Made by a program: the position numbers and the translations under genes. The notes under the pieces were generated by a model. The model ran no database searches, had not been told where the DNA came from, and saw only the letters and a list, made by a program, of their open reading frames with translations. A stretch of 64,000 bases of DNA, from positions 335,854,001-335,918,000 of the forward strand of contig JBNRSN020000005.1 in assembly GCA_051313645.2 (NCBI GenBank). The letters run 5' to 3'. The stretch comes from Centroscyllium fabricii (lineage: Eukaryota). Of this stretch, positions 35,989 to 48,549 are shown piece after piece (the stretch's first letter is position 1; the number at the start of each line of letters is the position of its first letter).

Positions 35989-36265
35989 TGAGATACCTCA
36001 AATTATGACGGTAGGGAGTTTCTTAATAAAGAGGCTTTTATTAACAAGGAACTGAACCGTGTCCCCGATGAGTCTGCCTAGTACAAAAGACCAGTGGGCG
36101 GAGCGTTCTCCTTTATACTAGCACCCAGAGGCGGGGTCAGCCGGTACAGGTCCTTACAGAAAAGTAAAGGCATTAACAGATATATAACAATATATATACA
36201 AACACATTAAACAGAACTATATACAGTAACAGTACAGTGTGAACTACACCAAAAGGTTCATCACA
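35989..36265 (-). mobile_element. Solo LTR, Gypsy subfamily B
   Basis: Homologous to 8054-8297; perfect 5-bp TSD GTTTG. Confidence 0.93.
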
Positions 36266-37834
36266 GTTTGAAACCCTCCTGTAGTCATTTTTTTTTTTGC
36301 AGTTCGCAATGACCGTGACTCAGAGGTTGCAGTGACAGCTTGGCTCAGCTGGTCGAATTCTCACCTTTCGGTCAGAGGGTTGCAGGTTTGAGCCCCATCC
36401 TGGGACTTGAGGGCATCACCTCGGTCAAAGGTGTCCAAACTATGGCCCACAAAGTTCAGGCACCTCAGTTCTGATGTGCGCTTGTGTTTCTCAATTTCAA
36501 TTCAATTTTCAATTTAAAAAACTTTATTGGCATGACAGGATACATCCCTATGTTGCCAAAGTATAAAACTCACTCACTAGTTTCTCCCATTGGAGTTGTG
36601 TGTACCTGGGGACTTGGAAAGGGCTGCTTTTAGCATTCAAGCTAAATCCTAAATCAGGTCTGTCAGTATCTGCTAATGAGCTGTATGCCAATTAACGGGA
36701 ACTATGATTTAAATTTATACCTGGCTCCAGAGGCTACATGGTTATGCGGTTAAGTGGCCCCCGAAGTGAAAATGCCGTGACACTCTCCTACACTCCAGTG
36801 TTGAAGGCAGGCACCATACCTCAATGTTAACCTGCAGCCCTGGCTGGGTGTCCAAGATGGATGCTAAAGCTATAACAGGAAGACAGTGGAGTTGATAGAA
36901 TGGCTCAGCACAGAAGGAGACCATCGTGCCGGTGCCGGCTCTTTGAAAGAGCTGTCCAATTTGTCCCGCTCCACTGCTCTCGCCCCACAGACCTGAAAAT
37001 TTATCCCATTGATATTCTGAAAGCATGTAATCCTTCATCCAAACCGATCTAATTAAAAACAAAAGTTTCTCAAAGTAATTCTGAAACGCCATAGTCTTCA
37101 CCTTCCAACTTCCCTAGGATTCTGGGAGGGCTTGACCAGGTAGATGCTGAGAGTTGGAGTAAAGACCTATTTCTTGTGGCTCGCTGTGTTGACTATTTCT
37201 TTATGCGGGAGACTGTAGCCTCCCACATCACCACAATTTGCCAGACAGGTTATGGAAGTGTCATTTTAGGCACACAGGGACACCAATTTAACAAAAGGGA
37301 CTTGATTCGGGTGCAAGGCCCTCATTATCATATTTAAAGAATGTTGCCGGAGGGCGACTATCGGACTCCCAAACCAATATGGCGTTGGGTGCACATCCGA
37401 ATCAGAACTGAATTCGACTTTTGTGGCGCCTACTTTGGACCCTGAGGAACAATCACAATATCTTTCCCATTGAATCTTTATTTCCCACTGTTGGGGCTAT
37501 GAATCGGTCGGTGTGCAGCGTCAGTGAGTGGCATGCGGCTCGAAGGAGGTTAATCTTTTTTAAATGCATACAAATGTGAGTGTTACTCCAGAATTGCCTG
37601 GATGTACCATACTTTCCATCACTACAAAACTGTGGTCATCACTAATACAAGGGTTTAGTCGAATGAGTTAGACCTAGTAATTTAGCAAATGTTTGGCAAC
37701 TGCAAAATAAACTTCCATATTACTAATTTTAACTGTTTATTCTGAGGAATTCTGTCGCCTTGTAATTAATTTGTTTAAAAGTAACATTTCTTGGGGACGG
37801 CACGCACTTCTTCTAAATGTTACACTCAATTCAG

Positions 37835-38280
37835 TGTCAGCCAGTGGCTCAGTGGGTAGCACTCTCGCCTCGGAGTCTGAAGGTTGTGTGGTTCCAATCC
37901 CACCCCAGTGACTTGAGCACAAAATCTAGGCTGACACTCCCAGTGCAGTGCTGAGGGAGTGTTGCACTGTCAGAGGTGCCGTCTTTCAGATGAGACATTA
38001 AAGCAAGGCTCTGTCTGCTCTCTCAGGTGGGCATAAATGATCCTGTGGCACTATTTTTGAAGAAGGGCAGGGGTGTTCTGGGGCCAATATTTATTTCTCA
38101 GTCAACATCACTGAAACAGATGATCTGGTCAATATCATATTGCTGTTTGCGGGACCTTGCTGTGCTCACTGTCTGCCGCGTTTCCTACATTACAACAGTG
38201 ACTCCACTTCAAAAGTACTTCAGTGGCTGTAAAGTGCTTTGGGATGTAAAGGCGCTATGCAAATGCAAGTCTTTCTTTTT
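37835..38280 (+). mobile_element. Deu-SINE, full length
   Basis: tRNA head, Deu core, GGCGCTATGCAAATGCAAGTCTTTC tail. Confidence 0.85.
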
Positions 38281-38804
38281 TCCTGTCATTTTTTTCCCGT
38301 CACACTTTAGCTGTCACGCCTCTGTTATAATACAAAGGCATATCCTCTCACTCACCGTGAGCAATGCCACGGGGGGGGTCTCACCACTCTCTACAAGTTG
38401 CATCTGATTTTTCGCCTCTCCCGGGTGATCACATGGGTTTGGGCGGGATGGAGAGTGAAAGTAGATTTGAGGTTAGGATCAGATCAGCCATGATCTTTGT
38501 TGAATGGCAGAGCAGGCTCGAGGGGCTGATCGGCCTACTCCTGCTCCTATTTCTTATGTTCTTATTTGTCACACTTCAATTGTCACCTGTGCAAATTTCG
38601 GTGTTACACTTCTAAGAAGTATTGAAAGAGTGAGAGGCCTTGTTGTGATATATCCTCGCAGTATATATGAATACACCTGAACTGAATAAGAGCATGCATT
38701 TCCCTCCAATAACTGCACTATTGCCATGAGCATCCTGTACATCTTGTAATTTATATCTGTATATATGCATACTCGTACATCTGCATATCTGTCCATATAG
38801 TATA

Positions 38805-39340
38805 CAGGTTGAGCACCGTTAATCCGGACACCGTTAATCCGGAAACTTCAGTCGTCTGGAACGAATCCGGCCGACTGGTCTGCGCATGCGCAAAATGGCC
38901 ACCGCGCTGGGCTGCGCATGGCCAGGCCTCTCCCCGGCTGCCCGACTGGTCTGCGCATGCGCAAAATGGCCACCGCGCTTGACTGCGCATGCCTGGGTCT
39001 CTCCCCGACTGCCCGACTGGTTTGCGCATGCGCAAAGTGGCCACCACGCTTGGCTGCGCATGCCTGGGTCTCTCCCCGACTGCCCGACTGGTTTGCGCAT
39101 GCGCAAAGTGGCCACCACGCTTGGCTGCGCATGCGCAAAATGGCCACCGTGCTTGGCTGCGCATGCCCGGGCCTCTCCCTGAACGATTAATGCTTCGGCG
39201 AGCGCATGCGCAGACCATTCAAAATGGCCACCGGCCGCAGCAGCCATTTTGAATGGTCTGCGCATGCGTTTGCTGAAGCTTCAATCGTTCGGAGTTTTCA
39301 AAAATCCAGCACCGTCCTGGTCCCGACCGTGCCGGACCTG
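38805..39340. mobile_element. Tigger-like MITE with GCGCATGCGC/AAAATGGCC array
   Basis: TA|CAGGTTGAGCACCGTTAATCCGG ... CCGGACCTG|TA. Confidence 0.85.
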
Positions 39341-39450
39341 TATAGTATAAATTACCTGGTCATATGCACGTAGTTGTACATAGGAATTGGTTAATTTACA
39401 GATAACTATTATTCTTATTTTCATTATTATCTCTTCTTCTTGTAACTATT

Positions 39451-40352
39451 GGGCCCTGTCTTCCTGTGCTCCAGAAGAGCTGCACCCCCACGAAGGGGGG
39501 TCAGAAATGCCTCGTGTGGGTGCAGCTCGGGTGATTACCAGAAACGTGAATTTCCTGTGCTGATGGGCAAGGGGCTTCAGCTTCCTACCCAGGAAGACCT
39601 TGCACTGCAGACTTCCTGTGGCAGCTGCTCAATATATGGGCGTATCACGTGGGCAAGTCTCTCTTTTGCTGCACATATAAAAAGGAGGCTTAAGAGGCTG
39701 CAGGCAGCTTTGAGAAGTGAAAAAAACACGTTTAAAGTTAAAAAAAAATTAATTCCTTTGGAGATATTTGTCTGTGGTCTTACAGCTTGTAAATGTGAAG
39801 GTTTATATATATTTTGGTGAAAGTTAAAAAAATCGGGGATTTGAACGCGATGTCAGCCGCTCTGAGGCTCTCACAGCTGATGACATCGCGTTCAAATCCC
39901 CGATTTTTTTCACTATCACCAAAATATATAAAAACCTTCACATTTACAAGCTGAAAGACCACAGACAAATATCTCCAAAGGAATCAATTTTTTAAAAACT
40001 TTAAACGTGTTTTTTTCACTTTTTAGCAAAAAAAACCCCGAACATCAGAAAAGGCAGAAACTTAAAAAAACCAGCTTCCTAGAAACTGTAAAAAAAACAA
40101 ACATAAGGTGCTTCCTACCTGATCTTCTTCATCCCGCTGGCCGATTCGGTGTTTCGTTCGGGGGTAAAGCCGACCTCAGTGGGCGTGGCTTGCACCCCGG
40201 ACAAAAAAAAAGACGTCCCCTCCGAACGAAAAAAACCCGGCATTTCCCACAGGAAGTTCACCTGAGAAAAAAAAATAAAATCACGTGCGCATGCGCCGCG
40301 GGTGCACGTCAGCACGCACCCGCAGCAATCGGGCCACAGGAAGACAGGGCCC
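39451..40352. mobile_element. Harbinger-type MITE with an internal long hairpin
   Basis: Perfect 18-bp TIR GGGCCCTGTCTTCCTGTG, 3-bp TSD ATT; internal inverted repeat at 39715-40021. Confidence 0.85.
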
Positions 40353-40395
40353 ATTATCTGTATTTATTGTTATTTGGACAAGTACAGGTATGGGA

Positions 40396-40790
40396 TAGAA
40401 ACATAGAAGCTAGGAGCAGGAGTAGGCCATTCGGCCCTTCGAGCCTGCTCTGCCATTCAATGAGATCATGGCTGATCATCCAAACCCAGTACCCCACCCC
40501 TGCCCTCTCCCCATATCCCTGATCCCTATCGTGCTTGCACCGACACATATCCCACCCTATCCCCGTAACCCCACATATTCAATCCCCCTAACACTAAGGG
40601 TCAATTTATCCTGGCCAATCAACCTAACCCGCACATCTTTGGACTGTGGGAGGAAACCGGAGCACCCGGAGGAAACCCACGCAGACACGGGGAGAATGTG
40701 CAAACTCCACACAGATCGTCACCAGAGGCCGGATTTGAACCCGGGTCTCCAGTGCTGTGAGGCAACAGTGCTAACCACTATGCCACCGTG
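40396..40790 (-). mobile_element. HE1-like V-SINE
   Basis: Reverse complement of the 12951-13350 family. Confidence 0.9.
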
Positions 40791-41836
40791 CGATCAAGCA
40801 TTTCACTGCACTTTGTACAAGTATAATGATGTACGTGACCAATAAACTTGATTTGATTTGATTTGTGATCTGGAACACGCTGCCTGCGAGGGCGCTGGAA
40901 GCAGATTGAACAGTAACTCTCAAAAGGGAACTGGATCAAGACCTGAGAAGGAAATATTTCAGGGCTCTGGGGAGCGGACAGAGGGGGAGTGGGACTAATT
41001 GGAGGGCTCTTTGAAAGAGGCGGCACAGGCTCAGCGAGCCCAGAAAAACAGGTTTAATCTTAAAATTAAAGCTCGGCCATTTAAGAGAGAAATCAGGATC
41101 CACGACTTCACACAAAGGGTAGTGGAGATCTGGAACTCTCTTCCCCCAAAAGGCTGTGGACGCGGGGGGACAATTGACATTTTCGAGACTGAGATCGATA
41201 GATTTTTGTTAGGCAAGGGTGTCGAGGGATATGGAGAAAAGGCGGGAAAATGAAGTTGAGGTACAGATCAACCGCAATCAAAATGGCGAAACAGGCTCAA
41301 GGGGCTGAATGCAATGTTCCCGTTCAGCTGCGCAACTATCTGCAGGTCCCACGCATGCCGTTCTAATGGTAAAAGCTGCACATGCGATGTAAACTGAATG
41401 GGCCGCGCAGCCCCTTAAAGAGGCCGCGCACCCAAAAAGAAATGACGGGAAACATTGACCGAATGGCCTCCTCCTGTTCCTAGGATTGTTGAAGGTTGTG
41501 TCCAGGCCACAGTTCAGATGGTCCACGAATCTACAGCTGGAACAGATATCTTCCATCTGTTCCAAGCAGTATGTGTGGTCTGATTGACACATTCATGTGA
41601 TGGCATCAAATAATTTAAAACAAAGAAAAGCAAAGCAAGTCTTGAACAAATCTGTCTTGAATTGTGCTTGCTTTGTTCTCCAGAATGTTTCTCGTGACTA
41701 TTTGAACTTTGCTCTCACCTACGTGCACTGTCTGGAGCTCTGACTCTATCTCTTCTATTCCCACTTGGATTGGTGAGTAAAAACGACATAGCGACATCAA
41801 GAACAATGTCAACAACTTGCATTTGTATACTGCCTT

Positions 41837-42101
41837 TGAGATACCTCAATTATGACAGAAATGAGTTTCTTAATAAAGAGGCTTTTATTAGCAAAGAACT
41901 GAACCGTATCCCTGATGAGTCTGTCTAGTATGGAAGACAAGTGGGCGGAGCGTACTCCTTTATACTAGCACCCAGAGGCGGGGTCAGCCGGGACAGGTCC
42001 CCACAGAATTAACAGATATATAACAATATATATACAAACACACTAAACAGAACTATATACAATAACAGTACAGTGTGAACCACCCCAAAAGGTCCATCAC
42101 A
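41837..42101 (-). mobile_element. Solo LTR, Gypsy subfamily B
   Basis: Close to 35989-36265; perfect TSD GCCTT. Confidence 0.93.
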
Positions 42102-42219
42102 GCCTTTAACGTAGGCTGGGAGCAGATGGTTTTGTCGAACACTTCCCACATGAATGGAAGGGGGGCTGCACACTTATCACTTGTGAGCTTTGCCCTCCTT
42201 CTCTTTCGAAAGAACATCT

Positions 42220-42535
42220 CTTGGATGAGACGGTAAACCGAGGCCCTGACCGCTCTCTCAGATGGACGCAAAAGATCCCATGGCACTGAGCAGGAGAGAT
42301 TCCCTGGTGTCCTGAGGCCAATATTTATCCCTCAATCAACATCACAAAGAAACAGATAATCTGATCATTATCACATTGCTGTTTGTGGGAGCTTGCTGTG
42401 CGCAAATTTGGCTGCTGCGTTTCCCACATTACAACAGTGACTGCTCTTCAACAAGTACTTCATTGGCTGTAAAGCGCTTTGGGACGTCCTGAGGTGGTGA
42501 AAGGCGCTATAGAAATGCTGGTCTTTCTTTCTTTT
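42220..42535 (+). mobile_element. 5'-truncated Deu-SINE
   Basis: Deu core and L2-type tail. Confidence 0.8.
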
Positions 42536-42650
42536 CCTTCTGCGATGAATCAAGCATTCTGTCATTCCTCCTATCTTCGTTTTCCTCTGTCTGGCTCTGT
42601 CGCTTTCTCCCTCTCTAGTCTCTCATTCTGCTTCAGTCTCAACTTCCTTT

Positions 42651-45600
42651 TGTAGCGCCGGCAGGCCTAGGAACCACACGTGAGCCAGAGCTAGAGAGAA
42701 CACAGCTTTAATCAACTAGTACAAAACAAGAAAGAGAGTGAACCACTCGAGACAGGCATATTTAAACGGTCCCGCGGTTGGTGACGTCATCGCGTCACCC
42801 GGATGAGCGGGGCTTTGCTCCGCGGAGTCCCCGTGGCGGATTCGATGTCCCAGTGGGCGTACCGCCACACAGCTCCCCCCAGAATCCGTCCGGGAGGAAT
42901 AGTGACAGTGTCTATACATGCCATTGGGGTGGCCGGATGATGCGGCCGGACCGTGTTGCTTGTAGCCTCTGGTTCTGTGGTGGAGTGTGGGCGGGTTTTG
43001 TTGCGGGAGGGCGACCGCGTTGCGGTGGTTGTGCGGGGACCGTAGTCTCGCCCGCTATCACGTGTGCCGGCTTGAGCCGGTCTATTGTTACAGTGTCAGT
43101 CCTGTTACCCATTTGTAATTCGAAAGCCTTCGCTCCTGCCCGAAGCACTCTGTAGGGGCCATCGTAAGGTGGCTGTAGTGGAGATCGGTGTCCGTCGCGC
43201 CGGACGAACACAAATTTAGCATTTTTAATGTTGTCCGGCACCCGAGCTACCGGCTCTCCGTGCCGGGCCACTGGTAGTGGCTGGAAAGCTCATGCCAGGT
43301 TAGCAAAATCTTTTAAATACTGGTCGGCTGACCAGGGAGCGTTGGGCTCAGCCAGGAACTCGCCCAGCACTGTTAAAGTTTGGCCGTAGACGAGCTCCGC
43401 GGCCGAGGCGTTGAGGTCTTCTTTGACTGCCGAGCGCATGGTCAAAACGCCTGGCCGGTACTTAAAATTTTTCCAGCGGTGCCCTGATGTGCTTATGCAC
43501 TTTGGAGCACTGGCAGGCTATGCAGGAGCTGGCCCAGGCGCGGACGTCCTTGCGCAGGTCACGCCATACGAATCGGGCCGATATTAACTTAATGGACGCG
43601 TGGGCACCGGTGTGGGACAGGTCATGGAGGGTCCTAAAAATGTTGCCTCCAAGCGTGGGGCATGACGGGCCTGGGTTGCGGTAAAGATATGTCGCAGCAG
43701 ACGACGGTGGCAGCGGGGCCGTGCGCGATATTGGCCAAGTGGAGGCCGGGGCGATTAGTTGCTGCGTTGAGTAGGTCGGGGTCGACCAGCTGGTCAGCGG
43801 CCAGCTGGGCGTAATTGACCGCCATTTGGGCGGCGTTAATGGTGGGGCGTGAGAGGCAGTCAGCGACCACGTTGTCGCGGCCGGAAATATGCTGGATATT
43901 GGTTGTAAATTCCGACACGGCCGCGAGTTGGCGCTGCTGCCTGGCCGACCAGGGTTCAGCGACCTTAGCCATCGCAAATGTGAGTGGCTTATGGTCGCTG
44001 AAGGCTGTAAAGTGGCGGCCCTCCAAGAGGAAACGAAAATGTCGCACCGCCAGATGGAGAGCGAGCAGCTCCCTATCAAAGGCGCTGTATTTAAGCTCTG
44101 GGGGCCGGAGTTGCCGGGTGAAAAAGGCCAAGGGCTGCCACGAGTTGCCGGTCCACTGCTCAAATACGGCCCCGACCGCGTGGTCGGAGGCGTCGGTGGT
44201 GAGGGCTACTCTGGCGTTGGGCCTAGGGTGGGCTAGGAGGGTGGCGTTTGCCAGGGCGGTTTTAGTTGCGGTAAAGGCGGTGGCGGCTTCGGCCGTCCAC
44301 TCGACCGCAGCCTTATTGGACTGCCCGCGGGTGGCCTGGTATAAGGGGGCCATGAGAGCAGCTGCTCCCGGGATAAAGCGGTTATAAAAATTAACCATCC
44401 CCAGAAATTCCTGCAGCCCTTTAATGGAGTGCGGGCGGGGGAATTCTTGTACCGCCTGTACCTTAGAGGGCAGGGGTATGGCCCCTGTTTGGGAAATGCG
44501 GTGGCTGAGGAAGTCAATGGTCTCGAGTGGGGCTTAAGATAAGGCCGTGTTCGGTAAGGCGTTGGAACAGGGTCCTGAGGTGCAGGAGGTGTGCCTGGGG
44601 GGAGGTGCTGGCCACGAGGATGTCGTCTAAGTAGACGAAGATGAACTTCAAGTCCCGTAGGACCGAGTCCACGAGGCGCTGGAAGGCCTGGGCCGCGTTT
44701 TTAAGGCCGAAGGGCATCCTAAGAAACTCGAAGAGTCCGAAGGGGGTAATGATGGCCGTTTTAGGAATGTCCGCCGGGTGCACCGGAACCTGGTGGTAGC
44801 CACGCACCAGGTCGATCTTAGAAAAGATCGTACAACCCGCTAGTCTGGCGGAAAAATCCTGGATGTGGGGTACAGGGTACCTATCCGGGGTAGTGGCATT
44901 GTTAAGGCGGCGGTAGTCGCCGCAGGGGCGCCAGCCTCCGTCGGGCTTGGGGGCTATGTGGAGCGGAGAGGACCAGGGGCTGCTGGAGCGGCGGATTATC
45001 CCGAGTTGTTCCATAGTGCGGAACTCGGTGCGCGCGATCTCCTGCTTGGCCGGGTCCAGCCTACGGGCGTGGGCATGGTCGGGAGGGCCTGTGGTAGTTA
45101 TAAAATGTTCCACCCCGTGTTTGGCCTTGCGGGCGGTGAACGTGGGGTTGGTTAGGGCGGGGAACTCTGCCAGGAGCGTGCCGTAGGCATCGGAGTCCCT
45201 GGAGCGGCATTGGGCTGCCGCGTGGGCCAGGAGTGCGGGCCCTGTGGAGCATGGGATGGTCGTCATGGTGTTTATATTTACCAAGCGGCGCCGAGTTACA
45301 TCGACCAGTAGGCCGTAGGCGCAGAGGAAGTCTGCCCCGAGGAGGGGAGAAGTGACCTGGGCCGTTACAAAATCCCAGGTGTACGCGTGGCTTGCAAGGG
45401 TTATGGTTAGCTTGCGGGTGCCGTACGTTTTTATATTAGAGCCGTTGGCTGCCGCTAGTGGCGGGCCCCGGGTACCTCGTTTGGTTTCTGCGGGGGAGGC
45501 TGGCACGATGCTGTGCTGCGCGCCTGTGTCGCAGAGGAACCTGAGGTCTGTACCGCTGTCGGTGGCGAAGAGCAGTGCTCCTGTGTGGCCTACAGACATG

Positions 45601-46666
45601 GTGGGGGCTGAGTTGGGCCGTGGCTTGAACGCGCATGGCTGGACGCAGCGGTGCGCTTTGTGTTCGAACCGCGTGTGGCAATAGCACCAGCCGGTGCTAG
45701 AGGGACGCGGTTGTCTGGGCGGGCGCGGGGCCCTAAGTTCAGGCGTAAAGTTGTGCCTGGGGGGTGATTGGCTGCACGCTACCGATGCGGAGTTAGGTTC
45801 GCACATGGTAGAGCGGGTGCGCTGCGCCTCCATGAGCCTGTCGGCCTCCTCTCCGAGCTCGTCATCGCTCCGGTGGCCAAGGGCCGCCAAGGCCGGTCTA
45901 ATGGCGCGGGGCAGTTTGAGGAGGAAGACGGTGCGGAAGAGGGAGGCCGAGTTGGGTGTGAGCGCTTGCATCTGACCTAGGAGGTCCGATGGGTCTGCGT
46001 CCCCGAGTTCGGGGAGGTTGAGGAGCTGGTAGTCGCGCTCGAATTGGGAGGGGGTGAATTTTTTGATAAGCGCGGCCTTAAGCGTTTCATACCTGCCTGC
46101 GACGGGCACGCGCTGGATTTTTGACCACATCCGATCAATCGTCGTCTGTGGTAGGGCTGAGAACACCAGGTTGTTGTGGTCGTCCCCTTGAATGCCATGT
46201 GTGCGGCAGCTGGCCTCAATACAGATGAACCAGGCCGCTGGCCGCTGCTCCCAGAACTCGGGTAGAGTCAATCCACGTCCGGCGTTCTGTCCAGCTCCCT
46301 GCGTTCGTGGAGCTTGGTTTCTTGGGTTTACCATGTTCTCTGATAAAAGTCTTTGGCTGGTGGTCCCAGATCCTGCGGCAGCTTTTCTTCTCTGGAAGTC
46401 GTTCCACTTCGGGGTCACCACTGTAGCGCCGGCAGGCCTAGGAACCACACGAGAGCCAGAGCTAGAGAGAACACAGCTTTAGTCAACTAGTACAAAACAA
46501 GAAAGAGAGTGAACCACTCGAGACAGGCATATTTAAACGGTCCCGCGGTTGGTGACGTCATCGCGTCGGCCGACGTGATGACGTCGTCGCGTCACCCGGA
46601 TGAGCGGGGCTTTGCTCCGCGGAGTCCCCGTGGCGGATTCGATGTCCCAGTGGGCGTACCGCCACA
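42651..46666 (-). mobile_element. CsRN1-clade Gypsy element (copy 2), internally deleted
   Basis: LTRs 42651-42869 (219 bp) and 46422-46666 (245 bp), TSD CTTT, PBS TGGTGACCCCGA, same PPT as copy 1. Gag [25 protein letters not shown]. Frameshifts near 44520 and 43635; integrase core deleted near 43440 (RRFDH|MRSAVKEDL). Confidence 0.95.
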
Positions 46667-46843
46667 CTTTCATTTCTTTCCCCAATCACTTGTTTTCTCT
46701 GCCTGTTTCTCTCAAACATACACTTCCTTCTTTCTCTCGCTTTTAGTAGTTTCTCATTTTGGTGCCTTGTCTGTCGCACGCATACCCGTTGCCTCTCTAT
46801 TTTTCACTGTCTGTTTTTGCTCGGTTTTGTTCTTAGGCTCTAT

Positions 46844-47458
46844 GGGCTAGAAATTGGCTGTCCTGTGCCTGCCCGTTAGCGCCCAAGCAGGACGCTTAGC
46901 GCCAGCACTTGCGCCTAGCGCACAATTCAGTGGGACGCTAAGGTGGGTGGTAACCGGTAGCGCCCCACTGAATTTCTCGCCCGGCTGACCGATGGGAATG
47001 ACGTCATCAGGTCGCGCAGCTTTTTCTGGCCGTTGCGGCAGCGGGGGAGCGTTGCTTAAAGGGGAGTGCGGCGGTCGGCCATTTTTATTGCTGGCTAACT
47101 GCCAGCACCTTTCCCCCGGCCTCCCCCGCTGCTCCCCCCCGCGGTGTCAGGCCTCCGGCAACTGAGCCCGGCGCTTCCCTCCAGCGCCGAGCTAGGGCCC
47201 TCCCCTTTAATCGGGGACGAAGGCCTGCGATACCGCGGGCCGCCACTGTGCGCTGCGTGTCGCAGCGACCCCCAGCGCCTGGAACTTCGGCTGCAGCGCC
47301 CTAAGAATGAGAGCTGGCCCGTGTTTTAGCGCCCGCCCTCCTACTATGGGCGCTGCAGGCGAATGTTAGCCCTAACGGCGCTACCTATTGCCAGGCGCTA
47401 AAAACAGCGCTGCGCCGAGGTCAGCGGCAGAAAAAGTGCGCTGACCAATTTCGCCCCC
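46844..47458. mobile_element. Harbinger-type MITE related to 5743-6470
   Basis: GGGCTAGAAATTGG ... CCAATTTCGCCCCC, TSD TAT, TTAGCGC motifs. Confidence 0.82.
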
Positions 47459-47872
47459 TATGTCTCAGTCTCATTTTATGACTCTGTCTCCAACACCTTT
47501 CTCACCCCCTCCATATTTCTCTCTTTTTACAGGGATGCATATCTAAAAAAAACAGGCATGAAATAACTGATTGAGTGTTCCAGACTGTACTTGTGCAGGC
47601 AGTATTGATTTACATAGAGCGTGAATGGTCAAGTTGCATCACAAAGCATTCTGTGTGCTTGGCTCCCAGTTGGTTTTGTGTTGACATTTGCGCAGTCTCT
47701 CTCTCAGTCATGTAGAAACCCCAAAATCAACAAGAGTAATTTCCCATCTGAAGATTTCCTTTCACATGACTTGTTCTAATTCTGGTAAAAAAAAATTTTA
47801 GCTTACTATTCCTCCTTATATATTCTCTCATTCTCTCTTTATCTCTGGTTTTCTCTTGTCAGTCACCTTCTT

Positions 47873-48318
47873 GGGCGGCACGGTGGCACAGTGGTTAGCA
47901 CTGTTGCCTCACAGCACTGGAGACCCGGGTTCAAATCCAGCCTCGGGTACTATCTGTGTGGAGTTTGCACATTCTCCCCGTGTCTGCGTGGGTTTCCTCC
48001 GGGTGCTCCGGTTTCCTCCCACAGTCCAAAGATGTGCGGGTTAGGTTGATTGGCCAGGATAAATTGACCCTTAGTGTTAGGGGGATTGAATATATGGGGT
48101 TACGGGGATAGGGTGGGATGTGTGTTGGTGCAGGCTCGATAGGGATTGAGGGATATGGGGAGAGGGCAGGGACAGGGTACTGGGTTTGGATGATCAGCCA
48201 TGATCTCATTGAATGGCAGAGCAGGCTCGAGGGGCCGAATGGCCTACTCTTGCTCTTATCTTCTATGTTTCTATGTTTCTATGTTTCTATGTTTCTATGT
48301 TTCTATGTTTCTATGTTT
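47873..48318 (+). mobile_element. HE1-like V-SINE with long (CTATGTTT)n tail
   Basis: Full head, V-domain and about 7 tail repeats. Confidence 0.92.
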
Positions 48319-48549
48319 CTCTCTCATTTGCGGTGCCTTTTTATTCTCCCGCTCTACCTTAGCCTGGCTCTGCATCTGTCGCTCAGTCTCATTTTTCAGA
48401 CGCTGTCTCTCTCCCTCCCTATTTATACATGAACGCTTATAGTTTCGAAACAGGCCTGGATCTATTGCCTTTTCTAGATGACTCTTGTGCAGCATTGAGT
48501 TACACATAGACGAATGGATCAGTCAGGGATGTATCACTAAGTAATCAGT

